The notes: generated by a model from the letters alone, not told the origin. A stretch of 64,000 nucleotides of DNA from Candidatus Marinacidobacterales bacterium (GCA_965224085.1 CBDCYI010000009.1:744556-808555); one strand, 5' to 3'; positions 18,718 to 29,153 are shown, counted from the first letter of the stretch. Made by a program: numbers and translations.

Positions 18718-21168
18718 ATGCGGGATACGGCCTTGGCAGTGCTCGCGGCAGTCGCCGCCTCCTGCGCTCCGCCGCCCGCGGAGATCGTTCCTCCCGCCGG
18801 TGGCCGGCACGTTCAGTTAATTCATCTCGACGGCTACCGGCCGGATCTCGTGCAGGCGCTTCTCGTTGCCGGGCGGCTTCCCCGTTTGGCCGACCTCGTC
18901 GCGCGGGGTCGGATCTCTTATGACGCGACGACCGTCGACAAGTCCGAGACGATGAAGGTGATCCAGTCCTACTTGACCTCGCAGCTCGACACGACGGTGG
19001 TGGGGTGGTGGCAGTTCGAACGAGACCGGTTTCGGTTTTCGAACTACTGGCTCGACCCCGCGGAAGTTCTCGGTTACGCGCTCGGCTTCGAGTTCCCGCG
19101 AAGCCCGACGATTCAGGACTTTCTCGCGGCGCGGGGCGAAAACCTCGTCGCCGGGATGAGCCTCGCGCGTCGCGGCGTGCCGTTCGAAAACTATGGCCGC
19201 GCTTATGTCGAAGGCGCTTCGGCGGTCGTGAACCATACGTATCACGATCAGGCGCGCGCGACGATGGATAGTTTTCTCGACATCCACCGACGGATAGCGG
19301 AAAACGGCGAGCGCCCCCCTGCGTTGTCCACGCTGCTGCTCGCGGCGGCGGATGAATTCTCCCATCTGGAAGGCGTGAGCGTCGCCGAGCTCGATCCCGA
19401 GCACTGCTTTGTCCGAGAGAGCGATATCGATGACACCGTGTTCGCTTTGCTCGACGAGGACGACAGCCTCGACGATCGCTACTTCGTGCGTGTGCGCCGC
19501 GCGGCCATCACGAGGCGCGTTGCGGAAATCTGCATCGAGCTTCCTGAGATCGAAGACCGCCACGCCGAGCCGCACTACGTTTTGTCGATGCTCGTGATCG
19601 ATATCGAGTTCGGCCGCCTCATCGATTATTTCGAGAACATTCGCTTTGCCGATGGCGAGTCGCTCTTCTCGCGGACGCTCTTCATCGTTTTCGGCGATCA
19701 CGGTATGGTCGACACGGCAAATCGGATGACCGACGAAGTCAGCGAAAGCTTCATTGCCTACTTGAACGGGCGCCTCGACCTCGAAACAGGCGAGGACCAA
19801 ACGTCGCTCGCCGACGATGCGGAGCTTGGCATCGACTACGTGAGCCTTCCGCCACGGCTGATGCGTCCCGACATCTATGAGGATTGGCAGAGCGAGGACA
19901 TGCGCGCGCTGACGGCCGAAGCCGATCGGTGGTCTAGGGAGTTTCTCGGAGAAATCGAGGCCGTCATCCGAAGCGATTTACACGAGAGCTATTGGTGGCT
20001 CTTTTTCCTGCGCTCGCTTCTCATCGATCCCAAGCTCGACGAAGCGCTCGAGCCCATCGCCGATGAGGCGCTCGCGACGCTCAGGAGCTTGTATCTGCGC
20101 GGACGTCCCGACTATCTTGAGGGCGAGCAAGAGGCGAACCGCGCGCTTTTCGACCGCCATGTGCGCCTCGTCTATGGCGGCGGGGCGCGGAACAATGCCG
20201 AGCTCTTCATTCCGGTCTGCGAAAGTCCCGGCGTGTGCTCTTGGGAGCGCCGGCCGAGCTATGACGAGATCCTTGGCTACCGCGAAGGCGCTTTCTTACA
20301 GGCGCTCGTCGAGAGCCCGGGCGTTGGGCTCATCTTTATTAGAAGGAACAACCAAGCCTTTGCCGACGGGTCACCGCTTCCCCCAAAACTCGAGATCGAA
20401 GTGCGCGATCGCGAGGGGAATCGCGGCGTGCTGCTTGTTGCTCGCGACGGCTCGTCGAGCGAGCTCATCTACCACTACCGCACCGACCCCGCCTCGGCGA
20501 ACGATCCTCTCGGCTATGAGGCATGGGGCGCCGGCGAGGGTACCTTCGGCACCTATAACGAGTGGAACGATCGCACGATCGATGCTACTTACGTGAACGT
20601 CGTGGGCGGCATGGGAGCCTACCTCTATTCGAGCAACCCCGCGATTGGGGACGTGGTTGTGCTTCACGCTACCGATTGGAACTTCGGCGAGAATCTCGGC
20701 GGGCATGGCGGGGTGCACCGCGGCGAGAAGAAGACGTTCATGCTCGTCTCCGGGCCGGGGCTCGGCGCGGGTGAGCTGCGCGCGAAAGCGCGCCACCGTT
20801 CGACCGCGAACGGCGGGCTGGAGCCTGCGGTCTCTGAGACGCACGTGCCGACGCTCCTCGACATCGTGCCCACGGCATTGGCGTGGCTCGGCTACGCGCC
20901 GTCTGAGCTCGACCGGTTCGCCGAGAGCGGATTCGAAGAACATCTCGACACTTGGATTCGGGCACAGCGAGGCGATATCCTCAGACACCTCGACGGGATG
21001 AGCTCTCTAGAAAAAGCGAGAGAAGAGGTCGGCGTGCCCGAGTTAACCCTCGAGCCGTTGCGGCCGCGGCTTGCGCGTCTTCTCGAGTTCATCGAATCCA
21101 ACCGCGAGGACACACTCCGTCGTTTGTCCCTGCGCTCGCATTTAGGCAACGAGTTGATTCTGGAATGA
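18718..21168 (+). CDS. Large alkaline-phosphatase-superfamily protein (nucleotide pyrophosphatase/phosphodiesterase-like)
   Basis: IHLDGYRPD near the N-terminus, FGDHGM, GGHGGVH. N-terminal lipoprotein-like AAVAASC. At 816 aa it is longer than typical NPPs. Confidence 0.6.
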   Translation: MRDTALAVLAAVAASCAPPPAEIVPPAGGRHVQLIHLDGYRPDLVQALLVAGRLPRLADLVARGRISYDATTVDKSETMKVIQSYLTSQLDTTVVGWWQFERDRFRFSNYWLDPAEVLGYALGFEFPRSPTIQDFLAARGENLVAGMSLARRGVPFENYGRAYVEGASAVVNHTYHDQARATMDSFLDIHRRIAENGERPPALSTLLLAAADEFSHLEGVSVAELDPEHCFVRESDIDDTVFALLDEDDSLDDRYFVRVRRAAITRRVAEICIELPEIEDRHAEPHYVLSMLVIDIEFGRLIDYFENIRFADGESLFSRTLFIVFGDHGMVDTANRMTDEVSESFIAYLNGRLDLETGEDQTSLADDAELGIDYVSLPPRLMRPDIYEDWQSEDMRALTAEADRWSREFLGEIEAVIRSDLHESYWWLFFLRSLLIDPKLDEALEPIADEALATLRSLYLRGRPDYLEGEQEANRALFDRHVRLVYGGGARNNAELFIPVCESPGVCSWERRPSYDEILGYREGAFLQALVESPGVGLIFIRRNNQAFADGSPLPPKLEIEVRDREGNRGVLLVARDGSSSELIYHYRTDPASANDPLGYEAWGAGEGTFGTYNEWNDRTIDATYVNVVGGMGAYLYSSNPAIGDVVVLHATDWNFGENLGGHGGVHRGEKKTFMLVSGPGLGAGELRAKARHRSTANGGLEPAVSETHVPTLLDIVPTALAWLGYAPSELDRFAESGFEEHLDTWIRAQRGDILRHLDGMSSLEKAREEVGVPELTLEPLRPRLARLLEFIESNREDTLRRLSLRSHLGNELILE

Positions 21169-21178
21169 GGAGTCCACG

Positions 21179-23557
21179 ATGACTGTCGCTTCCCGCGTCA
21201 TTCTGCTCACGCTAATTTCGGCCTGCTTCGCCTTCCCTCAAACGAAGGAAGTGACCTTGGAGCAGATCATGGCGCACCCTGACTGGCTCGGCCGCCAGCC
21301 GCAGAACCCTTACTGGGCCGATGATGGAGGGTCGATCTACTTCGAGCGCAAGGTGGAAGGCTCCGAGCAACGCCTGCTGTATCAGGTCGGGATCGACGGC
21401 ACCGGACTTCGTGAGCTCAACGAGGAGGAGAAAGGCACGGCCGACTATCCTGGCGGCGACTTCAGCTCCGATCGAAAGCAGAAAGTCTATGCACGCAACG
21501 GCGATATTTTCGTCCGCGACGTCGCGACCGGACACGTGCGCCAGCTCACCCGGACACAAGCTCGCGAGTCCGAGCCCCACTTCACGCCCGGAGATGACCG
21601 CGTGAAGTTCTACCGAGGACAGAGCGTTTTCGTACGGGAGCTCTCGAGCGGGCTCGAGTACCAACCGGCCGTGATCGAGTTCGAAAAGGACCCGGCTGAA
21701 GAAGAGGACGAGGACTATCTTCGGGACCAGCAGCGGCGTCTCGTCGAATATGTCCGCGAACAGAAGAGGAAGAAGGACGCCGAGCGTGAGCGCGACGAAA
21801 AAGCGCGCGCGGCCGATCCCTCGCGGGTGCCCCATCCGTTCTACGTGGGCGACGATGTCGCGCTCAAGGCGTCGAGTTTGTCACCGACGGGCCGGTGGAT
21901 GCTTCTACTGCTCTTGCCGGAAGAACGCGACGAAGGCGAGCACGATGTGATGCCCAACTATGTGAGCGACGACGGCTACGTCGATCCAAAAGAGGTGCGG
22001 ACCCTCGTAGGGACAGGCACACCGGCGACGGACCGCGTCGTTCTGCTCGACCTCGACAAACATGAGCTTCGAGACGTTTCGCTTGCATCTCTTCCCGGGA
22101 TTACCGACGACCCGCTCGCCTGGCTTCGGCCCGACGACGAAGAAGACGAGGAAGACGATGAGAATGACGAGGACGAAACGGAGGACGATGGTAAAGAGCC
22201 CGAACCGCGCGCGGTCTATGTTGGCTCGAGCGGCTTGGGGAGCGGCGGCAATGCCGGCATCGTGTGGAGCCACGACGGCGAGCGACTCGTCCTCCACGTC
22301 TTCTCCCACGATCACAAAGACCGCTGGATCGCTGAAGTCGACCTCGACACGGCCGAGCTCCGCCCGATCGCGCGCGTCAGCGACGAAGCGTGGATCAACT
22401 GGCGCTTGAACGAGATCGGTTTTCTCTCGAGCTCGACGTCGTTCTACTACACTTCGGAAGAGAGCGGCTATTCACAGCTCTATCTCCATGCGCTCGATAC
22501 CGGCACAAAGACACGGGTCACCCACGGAGACTTCGTGGTCGGAAACGTCGTCGAGAGCCCCGACGGCCGTTATCTTTATTACACGGCCAACGCCGAGCAC
22601 CCTGGGATCTACGAGACCTACCGCTACGACCTGCAGAACACCCGCATCGAGACCGTCACCAAGCTCGGCGGACGGAGTGAGTTTCAGCTGTCTCCGGACG
22701 GCGCACGTGTTCTGCTCACACATTCCGAGACAACGATGCCGGCCGAGCTCTATGTGCAAGAGGTGAGCCCGGGCTCGAGCGCGACCCAAGTCACCGAGAC
22801 GGTCTCGCCGCTTTTTGCGTCCTTTCCATGGGTCGAGCCGGAAGTCATCCCGATCCCGTCGACGCATCACGACCGCCCCATCTACTCATGGGTCTACACG
22901 CCTTCGGGAGGCGCGCGCGAGAAATCGCCTGCCGTCGTGTTCGTGCACGGCGCGGGCTATCTTCAAAACGCGCATCTCGGCTGGTCGGGCTACTTCCGGG
23001 AGTTCGTGTTTCACACGCTCTTGACACAAGAAGGCTATGTCGTCCTCGACATGGACTACCGGGCTTCCGCGGGCTATGGACGCGATTGGCGCACGGCTAT
23101 TTATCGCAACATGGGAACGCCCGAGCTCGAGGACCTGGAGGACGGTGTGAGGTGGCTCGTGGAGCACAAGAACGTTGACCCGAAGCGCGTTGGCGTCTAC
23201 GGTGGGTCGTATGGCGGGTTCATGACGTTCATGGCGCTCTTCAAAAAGCCCGATCTCTTTGCCTGCGGCGCGGCGCTCCGACCGGTCACCGATTGGGCGC
23301 ATTACAACGACCCTTATACGTCTCGCATCCTCAACGCGCCCTATAACGATCCGGAAGCCTATGAACGCAGCTCGCCGATCGAGTTCGCCGAAGGCTTGAC
23401 GAAACCTCTTCTCATCGCTCACGGCATGGTCGACAACAACGTCTTCTTCAAGGACTCCGTCCGGCTCGTGCAGCGACTCATCGAGCTCGAGAAGACGGGC
23501 TGGGAAACGGCGATCTATCCCATCGAGCCGCATGGTTTTCGCGAGCCGTCGAGTTGA
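21179..23557 (+). CDS. S9-family serine peptidase (prolyl oligopeptidase / dipeptidyl peptidase type), exported
   Basis: N-terminal beta-propeller text. C-terminal VYGGSYGGFMT (nucleophile Ser), HGMVDNNV, EPHGF. Signal peptide MTVASRVILLTLISACFAF. Confidence 0.85.
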   Translation: MTVASRVILLTLISACFAFPQTKEVTLEQIMAHPDWLGRQPQNPYWADDGGSIYFERKVEGSEQRLLYQVGIDGTGLRELNEEEKGTADYPGGDFSSDRKQKVYARNGDIFVRDVATGHVRQLTRTQARESEPHFTPGDDRVKFYRGQSVFVRELSSGLEYQPAVIEFEKDPAEEEDEDYLRDQQRRLVEYVREQKRKKDAERERDEKARAADPSRVPHPFYVGDDVALKASSLSPTGRWMLLLLLPEERDEGEHDVMPNYVSDDGYVDPKEVRTLVGTGTPATDRVVLLDLDKHELRDVSLASLPGITDDPLAWLRPDDEEDEEDDENDEDETEDDGKEPEPRAVYVGSSGLGSGGNAGIVWSHDGERLVLHVFSHDHKDRWIAEVDLDTAELRPIARVSDEAWINWRLNEIGFLSSSTSFYYTSEESGYSQLYLHALDTGTKTRVTHGDFVVGNVVESPDGRYLYYTANAEHPGIYETYRYDLQNTRIETVTKLGGRSEFQLSPDGARVLLTHSETTMPAELYVQEVSPGSSATQVTETVSPLFASFPWVEPEVIPIPSTHHDRPIYSWVYTPSGGAREKSPAVVFVHGAGYLQNAHLGWSGYFREFVFHTLLTQEGYVVLDMDYRASAGYGRDWRTAIYRNMGTPELEDLEDGVRWLVEHKNVDPKRVGVYGGSYGGFMTFMALFKKPDLFACGAALRPVTDWAHYNDPYTSRILNAPYNDPEAYERSSPIEFAEGLTKPLLIAHGMVDNNVFFKDSVRLVQRLIELEKTGWETAIYPIEPHGFREPSS

Positions 23558-23616
23558 CTAGACGAGTACCGGCGGATTTACAAGCTCTTCGACACGCATT
23601 TGAATTAGGAGGAGAT

Positions 23617-24252
23617 ATGGGAGGCAAACTCGCATCTGTCAATGTGGGCCGCCCGCGCGCGTTCGTGTACAAGGGTCGCGACGTTGAGAGCGCGATTTGG
23701 AAAACACCAGTCGAAGGGCGTGTCGCCGCCCGCGGCGTCAACCTCGAAGGCGACGACCAAGCCGATCGGACCGTGCACGGCGGCCCGGACAAAGCCGTTT
23801 ACGCCTATGCGCTCGAGGATATTCGCCTCTGGCAGAGCGAGCTCGGCCGCCCGCTCGGGCCCGGCGCCTTTGGGGAGAACTTGACGACGGAGGGCGTCGA
23901 CGTCACGGGCGCGGTGATTGGTGAGCGCTGGGAAGTGGGTACGGTATGCCTTGAAGTTTCCGAGCCGCGAGCCCCGTGCTGGAAGCTCGCCGCGCGGATG
24001 GAAGACGACGCGTTCCTGCGGCGCTTCACCGAAACGGGACGACCGGGCGCCTATCTTCGCATCGTGCGTGAAGGCGAGCTCGGAGCCGGGGACGCCATCG
24101 AGGTGACGTCCCGTCCCGAGCATGGTATGACCGCGGGAGACGTCCTTCGCATCTATAGCCGCGATCGAGGCGAGGTCGCGAAGCTCGTCGACATCCCAGA
24201 GCTCGGGAAGAGTTGGCGGGAATGGGCCGAGAAGAAAGTGCAGAAGAGGTGA
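23617..24252 (+). CDS. MOSC domain-containing protein (YiiM-like)
   Basis: ATG at 23617 after AGGAGGAG. GVNLEGDDQADRTVHGGPDKAVYAY, EPRAPCWKL. Confidence 0.85.
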   Translation: MGGKLASVNVGRPRAFVYKGRDVESAIWKTPVEGRVAARGVNLEGDDQADRTVHGGPDKAVYAYALEDIRLWQSELGRPLGPGAFGENLTTEGVDVTGAVIGERWEVGTVCLEVSEPRAPCWKLAARMEDDAFLRRFTETGRPGAYLRIVREGELGAGDAIEVTSRPEHGMTAGDVLRIYSRDRGEVAKLVDIPELGKSWREWAEKKVQKR

Positions 24253-24255
24253 GAC

Positions 24256-25659
24256 ATGACGCTAAAAAGGCGTGCGTTTATCCGCCACCTGGCCGCTGGG
24301 ATGGCCGTAACCGGCGCGGCGGCTTCGAAGCTGGCTTGTTCGACCGTCGCCGACAGCCCGTCCGAAACCCTCCTCGTCGACCGGCCGGGACAACCCGAGC
24401 CGGCGCCGATCGGTTATGACCGTTTGCCGCTCGATTGGCATCAAGCCCGCACCCGCGAGCTCAAGAATCGTGTGGGTGAGCGTGAGGTCGACGCCATCGT
24501 CCTCGGACAAGACCAGAACATGGTCTACTTCTCGGGATGTTTCCGCCGAAGCGGCGAGCGCTCGACGTGGCTGCTCTTTCCGGTCGAAGAGACCGATACC
24601 GCCTACTGGTACGCCCCGAGCATCGACCGTGACCTCATGCGCTCCTGGTGGTCGACGGAGATGGAGAACTACTTCTGCTACCCGCACGCCGAAGGCGGCT
24701 TTCCCTATCGGGGCGAGCTCGCGCGCGGCAACCGCGTCGATCTATTCGCCTGGATGCTGCAGGGCCTCGGCCGACGCGGTCTCGGGGACAAGACGATTGG
24801 GATCGATTTCGAGCTCAGTGCTTCGAGACGGCAAACGGTAGAGAGTGTCCTTCCCGAAGCGCGCTTCGTCGAGATAGGCGATCTGTGTCTCGACATGCAA
24901 ATCATCAAGACACCGGAAGAGCAAGCGCTCACCCAACGCGCCTATCGCTACTTCGACAAAGTGCACGCGTTCTCACGCGACTACATCCTCGAGCGCGGCA
25001 CCGAGGCCACGGATTTCGAAGTCGGCCAAGCGCTCCAAGCTTACGGCCTCGGCCTCATGATGAACGACGTCGAGCGCGACGGAAGACCGAACAGCGCCGT
25101 CGGCATGGAAGTGACGTCGCACTACGTGCGCGCGGGTGTTTCCACGGCCTTCCCGCATCCGAACCAATTCTTCTACACGCGCATCCAAAAAGGCCAGCCC
25201 CTTTACGTGAACACCGATATCAAGCTCGGCGGCATGGGTGGTGAGGGCTACCGAAACTACCTCATCGAGCCGGTAGCACCTTATCAAGAGAAGATGTGGC
25301 AAGTCGTGATGGACTGCGCAGAAATCCTTCGCGAAGAGACCGTTCCCGGCAAGGCTTGCTCCGAGATCGCTTACAAAGTCCACGATTACCAGATCAAAAA
25401 CGGCATGGCGGACTACATCTACCATCGTCCGTCGCACGGTCAAGGACAGTTCTACTCGGGACATCAGCCGCCTTTCGTGGCACTCGGCGACGACTCCATC
25501 GTGGAACCTGGCATGATGTTCAGCGTCGAGCCCGGGCTCTATGACGAAGAGCGCGGCATCGGTGTCAACCCGAGCGATATTCTTCTCGTCCTCGAAGACC
25601 GGAGCGTCTTCATGACCCGAGTTCCGTTCTCGAAGGAGTGGAGCTTTCTGACTTTGTGA
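24256..25659 (+). CDS. M24-family metallopeptidase (Xaa-Pro peptidase-like) with a Tat-type signal
   Basis: MTLKRRAFIRHLAAGMAVTGAAAS. C-terminal pita-bread text HRPSHGQG, MFSVEPGLY. Confidence 0.8.
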   Translation: MTLKRRAFIRHLAAGMAVTGAAASKLACSTVADSPSETLLVDRPGQPEPAPIGYDRLPLDWHQARTRELKNRVGEREVDAIVLGQDQNMVYFSGCFRRSGERSTWLLFPVEETDTAYWYAPSIDRDLMRSWWSTEMENYFCYPHAEGGFPYRGELARGNRVDLFAWMLQGLGRRGLGDKTIGIDFELSASRRQTVESVLPEARFVEIGDLCLDMQIIKTPEEQALTQRAYRYFDKVHAFSRDYILERGTEATDFEVGQALQAYGLGLMMNDVERDGRPNSAVGMEVTSHYVRAGVSTAFPHPNQFFYTRIQKGQPLYVNTDIKLGGMGGEGYRNYLIEPVAPYQEKMWQVVMDCAEILREETVPGKACSEIAYKVHDYQIKNGMADYIYHRPSHGQGQFYSGHQPPFVALGDDSIVEPGMMFSVEPGLYDEERGIGVNPSDILLVLEDRSVFMTRVPFSKEWSFLTL

Positions 25660-25660
25660 G

Positions 25661-26204
25661 GTGCGCGTGCGCTATCAATTTTTGATCGATACCTACGAGA
25701 CTGAGATCCAGAAAGTCTTGAGCGCCTGGACGATGTTCGAGGATGAGGACTTGCCGAAACGCCCTCATCCTTCGGACACGCGCGGCCGCAGCGTGCTCGA
25801 GCACATGGTGCATCAGTCCATGAGCGAGAACCTGTGGTTCAAGACGATGCTCGGGATCGACGTGACGGAGAACCCGGTGCCTTCGGAAGAAACGCGCCTC
25901 GGCTTTCTCAGAAACTATGCCGACCATGCGTCGAAGCGTCTAACGGCTTTACGTGACAAACCGGAGGCGTGGTGGGAAGAGGTGGTCGATTTCTTCGAGG
26001 TCAAGCGCTCCCGCGCCTGGATCATGACGCGTCGCATCGCCCATACGTCCCATCACCGGGGCCAACAGACCGCGATCGTGCGCATGCTCGGGCGCGATCT
26101 GCACAGTACCTACGGCCCTACGGCGGATACGGGCGGGCTCATGCAGAACAACGCGCCCGTCATCTACGCCTATCTCGACGTGGCGACGCTTCTGGACGAA
26201 GAGG
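25661..26204 (+). pseudogene. DinB-family protein, extreme 3' end replaced by an IS insertion
   Basis: RSVLEHMVHQ...MTRRIAHTSHHRGQQTAIVRMLG are DinB-like His motifs. The reading frame runs into the IS end at 26205. Confidence 0.6.
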
Positions 26205-27292
26205 GGCGTTGTTGCACGGCCCGGAGCAAATCGCTGACCTCCCTGTGCCGGTCGGAGAGTCACCCGGCGCAGTAAGTATCGGGCATACCGAGCGCGGTCA
26301 TCTTGTTGAGTATCTCGCACCCAAGTCGGTGTTCAACTCGTTGCCTCGCCAACGTTCGAGCCCGCATCTCGGGCCCCATGATCGCCTTGTAACGATAGAC
26401 CGCGTTCTCCACCATGCTTCGCTCGGTGCAGCCTGAGAGCTTGTACCATTCACGTCGGCCGTGTCTTTCGATTGCACGAATATGGCGGTCGCGTTCCCGC
26501 ATTGCGGTGTTCGAATTCTGACTGAGCGTGGCGTTTCGTTGCGGCGGAATCACCACGCGCGTCCTTCGTTCAGGGCTGTGCGCTTCGATGGCTTCGTAGA
26601 CCGCTTCCTTGTCGTATGCACTGTCCGCCGCCACCGACGCTATAGGTGCTTGAATCTGTGTTAGCAAAGGGGGGACTCGCGTTGCGTCGCGAGCTCGTGA
26701 CACCGTCAGTTCGGACGCAACAATGTTGCCGGTCTTGCGATCAACGGCGATGTGCAACTTGCGCCAGGCGCGCTGCTTTGGCGGTTTGCGGGTGGTTCCA
26801 ACATGAATCCTCAAGCCCGTGCTATCGATCATCAGGTGGATTGGTTGATTGCTTGCGGCTTTCCGAATCCGCAGCTTCTTGCGGAGCAGCCTCGACCGCC
26901 GACACAACGTCGAGTGGTCCGGGATCTCGATACACAGCCGGAGAAGCGAGGCGATCGAGTGCAAGAAGCCTTCGGTTTGGCGGTAGGCAAGCTTGTACAC
27001 CATCCGGACAACCAGGCCCGTTTCAATCGCCATCTCTGAATAGACCCGTTGACCGCCAGGCTTACCGCTCTTGTCGGCCTTCCAGTTCGCGATTGCCTCC
27101 TCGTCAAACCAGACCGTCAAATCGCCCCGGCGGCGCAGCCCTTCGTTGTATTCCGCCCAGTTGGAAACGTGGTACTTCTTCTGTTTCGCGTGTTTGTACT
27201 GGCTGCGCTTGGGATACTTCATGGTCGAACATTACCTCGGCCACCACCATAGTGTAGATTTCGCGCTCAGCCAAGAGCGGTGCAACAACGCC
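26205..27292 (-). mobile_element. IS5-family (IS903-group) insertion sequence, copy A (1088 bp)
   Basis: Terminal inverted repeats GGCGTTGTTGCAC (26205-) and GTGCAACAACGCC (-27292). Same length and nearly the same sequence as 34904-35991. Confidence 0.85.
26260..27222 (-). CDS. IS903-group DDE transposase
   Basis: 320 aa. Collinear with my recollection of the IS903 transposase: IDSTGLRIH, WRKLHIAVD, ADSAYD, RSMVENAVYRYK, LNKMTALGMP. Confidence 0.9.
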   Translation of the reverse strand: MKYPKRSQYKHAKQKKYHVSNWAEYNEGLRRRGDLTVWFDEEAIANWKADKSGKPGGQRVYSEMAIETGLVVRMVYKLAYRQTEGFLHSIASLLRLCIEIPDHSTLCRRSRLLRKKLRIRKAASNQPIHLMIDSTGLRIHVGTTRKPPKQRAWRKLHIAVDRKTGNIVASELTVSRARDATRVPPLLTQIQAPIASVAADSAYDKEAVYEAIEAHSPERRTRVVIPPQRNATLSQNSNTAMRERDRHIRAIERHGRREWYKLSGCTERSMVENAVYRYKAIMGPEMRARTLARQRVEHRLGCEILNKMTALGMPDTYCAG

Positions 27293-27293
27293 C

Positions 27294-27707
27294 CTCGACG
27301 GCGCGACGGGCTACGCTTACGGCTCGGAGCTTCTAAGAACTTCTATCTACTTCGAGCCGACCCGCGCGACGGCGCCCTTTTTCCATGTAACGGATTCCCG
27401 CGACCAGACGCATCGTGTGTCGAAGCGTTTCGACTATTACGACTCGACGCTTCGCGGGCCCTCGATGTTCCTCACGGTCGAAGACGCGGCCCACGCGGAG
27501 CTCGTGTCGCTTACCGGCGTCGTGCCGCACGCCCTACTCCCGAACGCGAGCTCACCAGATGTTCGCAGACGCTACGCGCTCGTATGCCGCTATGTGGAGA
27601 GCTTTTTGAGCGACACCATGAAAGGGGACAGCGACGCCGCGGATTTTTTGGACGTCACACCGTCGCGGCACGGCTTCGACGGTTTGATCTTGTCGCGGCG
27701 GCGGTAA
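27294..27707 (+). pseudogene. C-terminal fragment of an alpha/beta-hydrolase-like gene, truncated by IS copy A
   Basis: The frame is open from the IS boundary: ...YDSTLRGPSMFLTVEDAAHAELVS...VCRYVESFLSDTMKGD. No start. The family call is weak. Confidence 0.35.
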
Positions 27708-28205
27708 CTACATGTCTTCGTCCGCGCTCGGACCGTAGAGAGCAGGAAGCGGGACGTCGTTCTCGCGCAAATAGACGCCCAGCTGTCCGCGGTGGTGGAT
27801 GAGGTGGCTCAAGATGAAGCTGCGCAAACAGACGGCACGAGCCATGTCTAAGGTCACGTGGTCGCCTTGTTTCAGCTTCCAATTCTTGAAAAGATGCTCG
27901 TCGGATTGTCCGCCTAGAACCTCTTTGAACGCCTCGACATTCTTGTCGAAATAGTCGAGGATGTCCTTCTTGCTCGACAACTCCTTCGGCTGGTAATCGG
28001 CCGCGACCATGTCGAAGACCTCGTCGTTGACGATCGTCGCTGCCCATTCCGGGATCTCGGCAAGGTGTCCTCCGAGCCGCCCCATAGTCATGGACTTCTC
28101 GTGGGGCTTCCACGAAAGCTTGTCTTCGGGAATCCGCTCCAACATCTTCCTCGTACCCACGGATTCATGAGTGAACTCGCCGATCATCGCTTCTGCGATA
28201 CTCAT
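27708..28205 (-). CDS. DinB-family protein
   Basis: ATG at 28203-28205 after GGAGGAGA. MLERIPEDKLSWKPHEKSMTMGRLGGHLAE...LSHLIHHRGQLGVYLR. Confidence 0.8.
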   Translation of the reverse strand: MSIAEAMIGEFTHESVGTRKMLERIPEDKLSWKPHEKSMTMGRLGGHLAEIPEWAATIVNDEVFDMVAADYQPKELSSKKDILDYFDKNVEAFKEVLGGQSDEHLFKNWKLKQGDHVTLDMARAVCLRSFILSHLIHHRGQLGVYLRENDVPLPALYGPSADEDM

Positions 28206-29023
28206 CTGTCTCCTCCTTCGAAGTCGGTTGATTCTAGCCATCGACCCCGTCGCGCGCCAGTGCCCTTGATCCTTGATGTTGATGCGAGGTTCGGATAGAC
28301 CTCGTCGACGCCGACGAGACGCCAGCGTCCCTGCACGCGCGCGAGCGCACAGCTGAGGTTCCACCCCACACGAAGCGACTTCGTCGCCGCCTCCGGCGCG
28401 AGAAGTGGGCCGATAACCTCAGGCTCGGAGTTTCGATAAACGCAAAGCCAAAACCGGCCAGGCCCGATTCGCGTGATGGGGTGATCGTCCGTGTCGATAT
28501 AGTCCCGATCGGTGAAAAATAGCGGGTCCACTCGGACAGCGCTCTGAGCGAGAAGCCGCGCTGCCGTCCGGGCCCGGCGCCCGAGCTTGCTGCGCTCGCG
28601 AGCCAATGCCTTGGAAGCCTCTACCTCGCCGCGGCTCACATAGCCTCGCTCGACGAGCCAGAGGCGCAGGTCGTCCACGACGTACGAAGCCTTCTCCTCG
28701 ATACGCTCCGAGGTGTAGACGTCCCGTCGGACGTAGACTTCAGCGAAGAAGTCGAGCTCCGGGAGAAGCTTTTCCGGCCCGAAGACTTCGAAAAAGTGCC
28801 GCTCGCAGCCGGGCGCGCGATAGTGCTGCTCGCACAGAGCACGCTCGTCTTCGGGCAAGTTCCGGTGACCGTAATTGTTGATGCAAAGCTCGAGGAAAAA
28901 GAGGATCCGCCGGTAGGTGGAGACCTCGCGTTGCTCGAGCGTCGCGGCACGCGTCTCGAGGTACTCCGAAAGCGCCTGTCGAATGGTCGGTGGGGGAACG
29001 GGGGCGGTGTAACGAGAGCTCAT
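28202..29023 (-). CDS. Hypothetical protein (273 aa), 4-bp overlap with the downstream DinB gene
   Basis: Long ORF with native-like codon usage. The N-terminus TIRQALSEYLETRAATLEQREVSTYRRILFFLE faintly resembles a recombinase core-binding (SAM-like) segment. No catalytic motifs. Confidence 0.5.
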   Translation of the reverse strand: MSSRYTAPVPPPTIRQALSEYLETRAATLEQREVSTYRRILFFLELCINNYGHRNLPEDERALCEQHYRAPGCERHFFEVFGPEKLLPELDFFAEVYVRRDVYTSERIEEKASYVVDDLRLWLVERGYVSRGEVEASKALARERSKLGRRARTAARLLAQSAVRVDPLFFTDRDYIDTDDHPITRIGPGRFWLCVYRNSEPEVIGPLLAPEAATKSLRVGWNLSCALARVQGRWRLVGVDEVYPNLASTSRIKGTGARRGRWLESTDFEGGDR

Positions 29024-29153
29024 GGCAATCTCCTGCGAAACGCCCTTACACCCGATTCTGTTAGACGGTCAAAGCGCAGAAATTCCACACGAGTGAAAAA
29101 GAAAGTTTGGTCGCTCTTGCCGCTGATCGGGTGGTCTAGAATAGGCTCCGTCT

